DNA of 64,000 nucleotides, taken from positions 80,600,001-80,664,000 of the forward strand of contig OX597823.1 of the NCBI GenBank assembly GCA_951406725.2. The letters are read 5' to 3'. Below are positions 41,981 through 53,300 of the stretch, piece after piece (the stretch's first letter is position 1; the number at the start of each line of letters is the position of its first letter). The position numbers and the translations under genes were made by a program. Under the pieces are notes generated by a model that had not been told where the DNA came from, did not search any database, and was given only the letters and a program-made list of their open reading frames with translations. The DNA is from Octopus vulgaris. Its lineage: Eukaryota.

Positions 41981-44900
41981 GGTGTGCGTGTACGTATACA
42001 TATATATATATATATGTATATGAATACATACATTTACAATCAATTTTGTTTCAGATGAGAGAGATCAACTACATTATTCAGAATGCTTCAGATACTTCAC
42101 TAATAATAATTGATGAGCTCGGTCGAGGTAAGAAGAGCAGGTGTTATTTGCCATTAAATGCCTGGATGTTATGATTTCTTTTGCTTTCTTCATCATCATC
42201 ATCATCATCTGCTTTGTCATTGTCATCATTACTGTTACCATCATCATCATCATCATTTTTATGTTTATTTGCCTTGCACAGGTTGGATGAGGCCTTCTTC
42301 AGTACAAATCTCACCACAAATTGTGGACTTTTGATCATCTTCTTCATCACTTCTTACCATCTCTTCCTCAGGCTGCCTCTTCCATTGGCATGGTCAGCAG
42401 GAAAGTGCATACAGAATAGTTTCATTGCTCTACAAGTATCTTGGACAGGTTCAGCTGACAGCACTTCCATGCCTGTAGAACTGGCAATACCCCTCAATAG
42501 CGGGTATTGCTCTTGAATGAGAAAGAAAATCCCTTTGTTGACAGAAGAGATATTAGCTCCCAGAACTTCATCTACCCTGTTCTTATATTGGCTGCTATAT
42601 TTTTGGAGAACCCACCTTTGTTGCTACTTAGTTCATATTGGGTAACAGAAGATATCAAATATCTCTTGGGGACATTCTTAGCAATTGAAAGAATTTATTT
42701 CATCAATGTACTTCCACTGAACTACCCCTGTGCATTTACTACTTATGAAGCCTTTTTTATTTTCTCTTTGCCTCCTTTTGATCCCATACATCTTTTGGAC
42801 ATCATAATTTACAGTTTCTCTTTTACTCTCCCCAATGACATCTTGCTTCATAATGGTACACTGCCCTTTTGCAATCCAGAACTTGTAGCACCTCTGATCC
42901 TCTTGTTACAAAGCACTAGAACATTGGCAACCTTCTTACGTTCATATTCTTCCATGCCTATTATATCTGATATCTGGTTTCTCTTCTGGCTAATTAATGT
43001 TGCTTCCTGCCACCCATTGTTTTCTAATCTTTCCAGACTTGTCTCTTGATTTTTACTGCTCTGTTTATTGTACCATTTCACTGCCTTATTACATCATGCT
43101 ACTTTTTATTTGGCCAGAACCTAGATCCAACTATTGTATGTTGTTCTGTAAAAACACCTTATTTGTATATATGTCACCTAGAACTTCTCTCAACCTTTGT
43201 CTAACAGTGGGGTCCTTGAGCATAATCCTATGAACCCGGAAAAATTTAAAACAGAGAGTTACTTACTTGCAAATAAATGTGTTAACATGTGACATTATTG
43301 ACTGAGGTTACCATGGTCTTTTCCGTAGGCTTTTCTTTCCACAGATAAATTTTATCTGCTTCCCCCTTTACACTTTACACCATGACATTTCTGTGATACA
43401 CGATCCCTATTGATCTTTTTTTTTCTTTCCTTTTTACAATCCCTTTTGATCGAAAACCTACCCCACTTTTTTTTTACTCTCTCCAAAAAGAAAAGCTCTA
43501 CTTTGTAATTTATTTCGTCTGTGTTCAGCCCTGTGTAGCTAATAAAGAAACATAACAATGGGGTCTTTCAGCTCCCATACCTTCCTTCTCTCCAAATTTT
43601 CTCATGTTTTCAGGCAAGTCTCACTCTAGTGCCACCAATCACCATCTCTATGTTCTTGGATATATTCTTTACCTAAGAAAAGCTATGCACTTACAATTAT
43701 CTGTCTATCCAATTTCCTGATATGTATGAAATCTATCTAGATTCAGTATTCGGCTGATTGGTAGTTGACCAGATGGCTGACAAGTCTCTTGAAATTAGTG
43801 TTGTAACTGATTAGGTCATTTGCATCACTAAGTCCAAGAGTTTTGTTCCTTCATCATTTCTTGTGTTATGTCCATAGCTGCTATATATGCAGGTGTAACC
43901 ATCATGGTATTACTCAAATATCCATTAAAGTCCTCCCTTTTGATAATGAAATCACAAAAATGGTTTTAAATATTGTACTTAAAACTATGTCAGGCTCTGT
44001 CTCATGACTCATTCAACAGCTTCACAATAAAAATGCAGTAAAAATCGTTTTTATACTGTTTACATTATTTCATATTTTCCCATCAGCTATATAAATTAGA
44101 AAGAAAGAAATTTATTCACTATCATCATCATCGTCATTCTCATTTAACATCCATTTTCCATGCTGGCATGATATGTATATAATCTTTTTTACTTTAGGCA
44201 CAAGGCCTGAAATTTTGGGGGAGGGGACCAGTCAATTAGATTGACTCCAGTACGCAACTGGTACTTAATTTAGCAGGCAGCGAGCTGGCAGAACCGTTAG
44301 CACGCCGGGCGAAATGCGTAGCTGTATTTCGTCTACCGCTACGTTCTGAGTTCAAATTCCGCTGAGGTTGACTTTGCCTTTCATCCTTTTGGGGTCGATT
44401 AAATAAGTACTAGTTACGCACTGGGGTCGATATAATCGACTTAAACCATTTGTCTGTCCTTGTTTGTCTCCTCTGTGTTTAGCACCTTGTGGGTAGTAAA
44501 GAAATAGGTACTTAATTTATCAACCCTGAAAGGATGAAAGGCAAAGTCGACTTCAGCGGAATTTGAACTCAGAATATAAAGACATGAAATACTGCTAAGC
44601 ATTTCGCCCGACATGCTAACGTTTCTGCCAGCTCACCACCTTATGATATGTATATAATAAACAACAATAATATATAACCATTGTAGTGTGAATATAAAAA
44701 AAATAGGAAATAATGACAATGATCAAACAAACATTCTCATACTTACTGTAGCTTTTCACAATTTCCTGTTCATTGTTCTGGGAAATAGTGAATACATTTT
44801 TAGTATTAAATACACAGGTGACCTAAGGATGAAAGTAGTCATATGTAGCTGTAACACTACTTGAAAATATGTTACACTTTTGAGCAAAAACAAAAACTTA

Positions 44901-47900
44901 CGAAATTTTTTCAGGATCTGCTGAAAAACTTGGTGATACAAATTTTGATTACATGCCTGAGAAAAGGCAACATTTGAAGGCAGCTCCCATTGTATTCTGT
45001 ATGGCTTTAGTACAAACAGTATTACCATCTTAATACCATCATGATTATCATCAGCAGCATCAATAATATTGGCAAGCCTTGGTCTCTTTATATTTTGAGA
45101 ATTATAAAAATAAATGTTGGAGTATTTGTGAACACTTATTCATTTTAGAAAATTTGTAGAAATTTTGCTTTCCTTGTATTGGAGTGGCTGTGTGGTAAGT
45201 AGCTTGCTTACGAATCACATGGTTCTGGGTTCAGTCCCACTACGTGGCACCTTGGCCAAGTGTCTCCTACTATAGCCTTGGTATGCGTTGTGGTGCTATC
45301 TTGTTGGAACCATAGATCATCCAGATTATAATCAGTGAGTAACTGGATGACTTCTGGATGGAGAAGCCTTTTGAGCAGTGCACAATAATGGTCTGATGTA
45401 ACTGTTACTGTAACACTTTCCTCTTCGAAAAAATAAGGACCCCACATGCTGAAATCACCTATGGCACACCAGACAATAACCATGGTACTAGAGAGTGGTC
45501 ATTCATGGAATTCACAAGGGTTATTGTCTGACTGGTATCGAAAGTTTTGTTTATTAACCATTCCTGCTAAGTGGAAGTGTATTTCATCACTGCAGATCAG
45601 AACAGCTGCTGGGAGGATGATCTGGAGAATGACTTGGCACAAAGTTGTGCAGGTTTCATAATCCCTCTTGCTTGACTCCTGTACAACCATTATCTTGTGG
45701 GGATGTATGTGGAGAGACCTGTGTAAGATTCTGCAGACACTTCGATTTTACATGTGTAAGGCAGATGCTTCTGACTTATTTTAGCAAATAAAATAATTTG
45801 CTAGGTGAAGTCTTCGTCAACAGGTATGCCAAGGTACGCCAGGTATGTGTTTATGTTTAATCTTGGCATACCTGTTGACAAAGACTTCGCCTAGCAAATT
45901 ATTTTACTTGCTAATATAAGTCAGAAACAATGGTCCAGGAAATAGATGATAAATGTTTTTATTTTTCATTTCCTTTGAGAATTTATCCCTAATTAGTGGT
46001 TTGGACTTTAGCTGTTCCTTCAAGCATAAGGGAGTCCTATGATAGAAACTTCTTAATGTGTTTAAATGTACACTGTATTTTATGTATGTATGTGTGTATA
46101 TAATTGATGACCTGATATCACATAATGTATGTTTGTTGTTAAATGTTTTTTGGCTGTGTTATTTCGTCTAGGGACTTTGCTTCAAGGGTAAATTGAATAT
46201 ACAACACCAATGAGCTGAAATAACAGTGAAATATCATTATCTGTCATTCTTGTTCACCCCCAGGGTGATTCATTTTGCCTGGCTTTCAATATACTGTGTC
46301 TTTATAAAGGGACTTTCTTTGGGTGAAATATCGCAGCCAAAAAGCATTTTACAACACACCTACATTAAGTGCATGGCATCAATAATGTTTACATTACAGA
46401 GCTGCTTGTAACTCAAAATCTGAATTATATTTTACTTGTACAGCACTGTTGCACATCAGCAGAGTGCTGCTGGACTGGCTCCTGTGCAGGTGGCACGTAA
46501 AAATCACCATTTGAGTGTGGCCATTGCCAGTACCATCTGACTGGCCCTCGTTCCGGTGGCACGTAAAAGCACCCACTACACTCTCGGAGTGGTTGGCATT
46601 AGGAAGGGCATCCAGCTGTAGAAACACTGCCAGATCAGATTGGAGCCTGGTGCAGCCATCTGGTTCACCAGTCCTCAGTCAAATTATCCAACCCATACCA
46701 GCATGGAAAGCTGACGTTAAACGATGATGATGAGGAGGAGGAGGAATATATATTTCAGGCTAGCAATTTAGATTTGTTTTGAGGGTAAAATGAGAGTATA
46801 GTATTGATGAGCTGAAATAACAGCAAAATATTGACATCTGTCATTCTTGTTCACTTCCGGAGCAATTCATTTCACCCAACTTTGAAGTATGCTGTGTTTT
46901 TTAACACTACATCTTTAAAAGGATTTTCTCTATAAAAAGCTGCAAAAACGTGTTTAACAACACACATATATTAGTTTCAAATTTTGGTACCCAAGGCCAG
47001 AAAGTTCTGGAGAGGACCCTAACACCCAACTGCTACTTATTTTATTGAATCCCAAAGAATGAAAGGCAAGGTCATTGTTGGCAGAATTTGAACTCAGAAC
47101 ATAAAGACAGACAAAATGCTTCTAAGCATTTTGCTTGGCATGCTAAAAATTCTGCCAGCTCACTGACATATTAAGTATGTGACATTGTAGAACTACATCT
47201 AACACAAAATTTGAATACACACACACACACACACACACACATTCACATATATATGAAAGAATACTGAATTATTCATTATAATATAATTGTTCTTCATTTC
47301 AAAGTATCTGGGCATAACTTTTGGATGTATCCAATGAATTTTATTATTCTTGCTTTTAAAGGAACCAGTGTCAAAGAAGGCTTGGGAATTTGTTACGCAA
47401 TATGTGAATATCTTTTGAGTACAAAGGTATGAATAATTGTTATATAATTTTTAGGGCAAAATATGAGACAATATATTTCTTGATCCTGACATTGTGGACT
47501 TATTTTTTTCATTAAGCTGCATGTATTTACTTTTTCCCCTGTAAAAAGATTTGTGCATGGTCTGATCAATAAGTATCCGGACTGTTGGCATAGTAATGAT
47601 GCTAAAGCATGCAGAGTGAAGTTGCTTGGCACAGATTGATCTTGAACACTGTTGTGTATGCACACCAAGTTTTAACATTCTAGCTCACTTCCACTGTTTA
47701 CAGTAGTGCTTGGAAGGGAGCTGTGTAGTGTGTGATCATTGCATTGACCACGACAGACAAAGCTGAGCAGAGAATTTGCATCAAATTTTACCAAAAGCTT
47801 GGTGATACCTGCTCAAAGACCTATAGTTTACAAACAGTTTTCATCGTTCTCAACAAAATCAAGGAGATCTTGTGCAACTGAAACTCGAATGTCTTTTTGG

Positions 47901-49526
47901 TCAACTGCAAATTGTTTTGGCACAAACTTGGCAGATATGCATTTCATACCCAAATCTTCAGTGATAATGGACTGAACTGAACTGTAACTAATCTGCACAT
48001 CCTCTGATAACTTATGGATGGTGATTCAATGATTTCCCCTCACAGCTGCACACACATCTGCAATGTTTTTCTCAGTTCTGCTGGTTGCAGGTCTCCCAGA
48101 ATGTTTGTCAATATCCACATTTTTTTGGCCATCTTGGAAACATCTGAACCACTCATACACTTGTGTGTGGCTCATACATTCCTTTCCATACACTTTCTGC
48201 AATTTTGTGTAGGCCTCTGAGCAGGTACTGCCATGACAACTTTCTCTATCATAGTCAATGCAACGATCACACGCTACACACCTTCCTACCAAGTGCTACT
48301 GTAAACAGTGGAAATGTGCTAGAACATTAAAACTTAGTGTGCATGCACAGCAGAGTTCAAGGTCAATTTTTGCAAAGCGGCTTCACTCTGTGTGGTTTAG
48401 TTTTATTACTATGGCAACAGTCCAGATACTTGTTGATCAAACCTCGTATATAGGCATGACTGTGCTGTTAAGAATTTTACTTCCCAGCCATGTGATTCGG
48501 TGTTTGATATCACCATGTAACATGTTGGACATGTGTTCTACTACAGCTTTGGTTTGAGTCTGTAGAAATGTGGAAACAATATTTCATAGATGGAAAATGT
48601 GTGGAAATCACCTATACACACCTTGAATGGTTTAGTTGAACAGACCAATCCCAGTACTTATGTTTTGTAAAGTTCTCGTGCTTACTCCATCGATTCCTTT
48701 TGCTGAATTGCTAAGTTACGAGACATAAACAAACCAACACTTGTTATCAAGTGGTGTTGGGGGATAAGTACAACACAATGACACATATAGATAAAGAATT
48801 ATATATAAACAACACACTTCTTTCAGTTTCCATCTACCAAATTCATTCACAGGGCATTATTGGTCAGCTTGTGTCTATAGTAGAAGACACTTGCTGAAGA
48901 TGCCACACACTGGAATTGAATCCAAACCCATGTGGTTTGGACATAAGATTCTTACCACACAGCCACACCTAAGCCTTTTATATCCATGCCTGCTCCTATT
49001 TCTATTTGTAAATTACTTTGGTTGCCTCAAAAGAAATTCAGGATTTTCACTTAAAATTAGTTTAATGTTAAATGGTTTTTGACTACAAAAATTGTTTGTA
49101 CATAAATTTATTAACTATGTCTCATTATTTTACAGGCTATAACACTTTTTGTTACCCACTTTATGGAATTGACTAATCTTGATGAAGTTTATCCTAATGT
49201 TGAGAAGTAAGTATGTTTCTGTCTCTCTCTCTCTCTTTCTTTGTTCCTTTTAATATCATGTCACAGTTATAAAATTGAAAGATGTGCAAACATAGGTGCA
49301 AGTGTAGCTCTGTGGTCGAGAAGTATGCTTCCCAACCATATGGGTTTAGGTTCAGTCCCACTTCATGACACCTTGGGCAAGTGCTTTCTACTAAAAATTC
49401 AGACTGACCAAAACCGTATGAGTAGATTAGGTAGATACAAACTGAAGGAATCCTATTGTGTGTGTGTGTGTGAGTGTTTAGGGGTTGGCATATCCCTTGT
49501 CTTGATGATGGTTGTATGTATGTGTG

Positions 49527-49560
<34 letters not shown>

Positions 49561-50209
49561 TATACACATACGCACGCATACTCACACACTCACACACACA
49601 CAAACGCATATAAATTTAAAATAAGATAAAATCTTTATAAGAATTTATCAAGTAGTCAGTGTGAAAATCTCATAAGGGAAAAATTTATAATTATTCTCTT
49701 TAAATATATTTATTTACATTAAGGACACTACTACACGTAAATGCCTCACGCTATGAGGGACTCTTAAAGTCAAAACTACCATAATAAGTACAGTGTGCCG
49801 AACGCAAGGGAAAGCAATCTTTGAATCCAACCCTTAAAAACTATCTGTTTTAAGGGTTGGCTTCAAAGGTTGCATTCCTTCGTGTTCGGTACACTGTATT
49901 TATTACGATAGTTTTTACTTTAAGAGTCCCTCATAGCGTGAGGCATGTATGTGTAGTAATGCCCTTAAGATATATATATATATATATATATATATCAGTA
50001 ATTATGTGGATAAACAAATTATATATTTTAAATATAACAATTGTATATTCACATAACTGCCTCTATATCTGCTCAACTTGATCCTTCTTATAGCCACTCT
50101 TTACTCCATGGAATTGATCCCCTGTAAAGACATCCAAGTCTAAGTTTGAATTTTTTGAATGCTACTGCTACTGTCTTCTATACTCAGCATCTCTGGATCT
50201 CATCCATGG

Positions 50210-50262
<53 letters not shown>

Positions 50263-50289
50263 GTATTATATTATATGACTAGTATACGC

Positions 50290-50326
<37 letters not shown>

Positions 50327-53300
50327 TGTATATTATTTTCTAACAGTTTGACTTGGCTCCATACAACTTAAGACTCATCAAATGAATCTGTCTCCTCAGT
50401 ATTGTTGAGACCGAATGAGACATATCCAAGATGACTTCCAGATGTTGGACTATATATAGTTTTATAGTATTAATAACCATTTCCTTTTTGTTTTAAGTTT
50501 ATCCGTGTCCGGTTATATTTATCATCCAACCGATATGATCCACCTGATAATGTAATTATTTATATAGCTGTGATAAGAATGAAAATAATATGAAATTGTA
50601 TGATATGCTTCAGGAGATCTCTGAATTTATCTTGTGTCTTTGTTTGTTTGTTTGTTTGTTTGTGTGTGTGTGTTTGGGTATATGTGTTTGTATATGCATG
50701 CATGTATTTGTGTATGTGTTTGCAAGTGTGTGTGTTTGTGTGTCTGTGTGTTAGTGTTTGAGAGAGAGAGAGAGAGAGAGAGTGTGTGTGTGTGTGTGTG
50801 TATCTACAGTTGTGTTTGTATTGTGTATGTGTGTGTGTTTTTACGCTTGTGAATGTATGGTGTATGTATTCAGTGTTTGTGTATGGTGTTTGTGATTTGT
50901 GTGTGTATGTGTAAGTCTACAGGTGTTAGTGTTTGTATACAGGTATGGTTGTGTTGTGTGCATGTGTATTTTTACATGTGTGCATGTACAATGTATGTAT
51001 ACAGTGTATAGTGTGCTTTGTGTGTGTGTCTACTATGATTAAAATATGAGATAACCATAAATTATTTGGTTAGGTAATATATATAAAAAAATGCATGTAT
51101 TTTCGTGTTTTGTTGCTGTTTTAATTGTTGTTTAGCCCAGTCATCCATGAGAAAGCATACTTACAATCCAAGACGTTCCATCTGTGACCCTCCCTACCAT
51201 ATTCATAGACATAGTTCACCAAGAGCCACATTATCCAATATGTCCTCTTTTTTACAAGATGGCATTTGAGAGAGATACTGAAGATATTTGTAACTGATCT
51301 AAATATTATGTATATTTCTTTATTACCCACAAGGGGCTAAACACAGAGGGGACAAACAAGGACAGACAAAGGTATTAAGTTGATTACATCGACCCCAGTG
51401 CATAACTGGTACTTAATTTATCGACCCTGAAAGGATGAAAGGCAAAGTCGACCTCGGCAGAATTTGAACTCAGAACATAACGGCAGACGAAATACACCTA
51501 CGCATTTCGCCCAGCGTGCTAATGTTTCTGCCAGTTCACCGCCTTAAATCTAAATATTATGTAGATCCACCTATCCCATTATTGGTTAATGTCAGTGAGT
51601 CAAGCCACAATTTTTTTTATTTTCCTGCATTTCTCAAAATGGAAGAAGAGCCACTATCTAACCCCGAAACAAGGCTCTTTCATTAGAATTTAGTCCACAT
51701 CAATAGGGCCATCATGTACGTATGTGTGTACAGATGAAGGCACATGGCTTAGTGGTTAGGGCAGTCGGCTCATGATCATGATGTCATAAGTTCAATACCT
51801 GGTGGTGCATTCTTTCCTCAAGCAAGATATTTTATTTCATGTCGCCCTAGTCCACTCAGCTGGTAAAAATGAGTAGTGCCTCTATTTTAAAGGGTTGGCC
51901 TTGTTACATCCTGTGTCATGCTAAATCTTCCAGAAAACTAAACTACATTAACAGTATGCATGTCTTTGGAGTGCTCAGCTAATTACACATTAATTTCATG
52001 AGCAGGCTGTTCCATCGATTGGATCAACCAGGACACTCATCATCGTAACCAATGGAGTACCAGTTATGTATGGACCTGCATACATAACTACATACTGGCT
52101 GTCAACTTGTAAACAAGTATGACCATCACTGATTAATTATCTTATCCTAGATGTTAAAGACAATGGCTGTCAGCAATCATTGCTGAAATTTAAAGTCAAT
52201 AACAGCTTGCACAACAATGCTAAGACTCTCACCTACAAAGTGAAGTAGTCCAGAAACAAACAAAAGCAAGATCTGTGGCATCATAATGAGGCAGGTGTTA
52301 TTTTGGAATTTCCTTTCCTTCTATGTAAATTGAGGTAACGACCCTTCCAGTGGTCTATCATGTATGGAGATATTACATCTGGTATATCTTGGTCCTCGCA
52401 CAGAAGTGGGCATAGCAAAAAGAAGAATCAGTCGACATCATTGGATGCAAATGAAGTCACAGATGTTATATCAAAGTTTTCCTTCTCCTATAAAGATGTC
52501 TAAATAAAGTTTAGGGGTCTCTCACTCGTATCTGTTGGACGGCCGATGTCCCTACTGAGTTCATCCATTTTTTGACAGATATTACTTTTTGTCCTGCATA
52601 GTCTCTAATGAAAACCAAGCAGGCTTCATAGAGTTGCTGGTTTAGTCACCGATAGCCCAGTCATGCAACAAGTTGTAATGGGTTACTTGTTACTAGTAAA
52701 CAACAAGTTACCTGACATGACATGCGAACACACACACACACACACACACATTGTTGACTAAGTTCAAACAAAAGAGACTTGTTTTTCGGTTAGAAATTGA
52801 ATCTCTCATTACTAAAAATAATAATAATGAAATTAATTGTATACAGTGCTCAGGTGCACCACAACTTGTCAGAAAGTGCATATAAAGTACATGCAGTAAT
52901 GTAGAAATGTCTGGAAAGCGAACAATGTATGAGTCAGATACATGCTTGTGTGTGTATGGAGGGGAGAAAATCAAGTGTAGTGTTGGCGAATCTCAGGAAG
53001 CATGGAAGTTTTGAAGGATGCAGTGCTCCGACAACTAACAACTGATGCCGGCAGTTTGTTCCATGCTTCAGCAACTCTCAGCGTGAAAAAATGTTTCCTG
53101 AAGTCATGGGAGCTGTGCTGTTTTCTTACTTTGTAAATATGTCCACAGGTGTTAGATGGGTGGAGTTTGAAAAGGTGCTCAAATTTATTGTTTGTACGAT
53201 GGTTGATAATTTTATGGGTGTCTGCCAAGTCAGCTGCCAGACGTCGGAGTTTCAATGTGTCCATGCCCAGGGAAGTAAGGCGTTCAGGATATGGCAACTG

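Noticed and set aside
42380-43960. 180-aa ORF 42507-43049 as a nested gene
   Set aside because: No recognisable domain or exon structure; the region looks like a decayed minus-strand LINE relic
46804-46816. TGATGA-G-CTGA as C/D-box snoRNA motifs
   Set aside because: The boxes are adjacent, with no guide region or terminal stem
49748-49785. CTATGAGG-GACT-CTTAA-AGTC-AAAA in the 49719 fold-back as a hammerhead
   Set aside because: The core is one base short and neither arm has GAAA; not supportable without a family consensus
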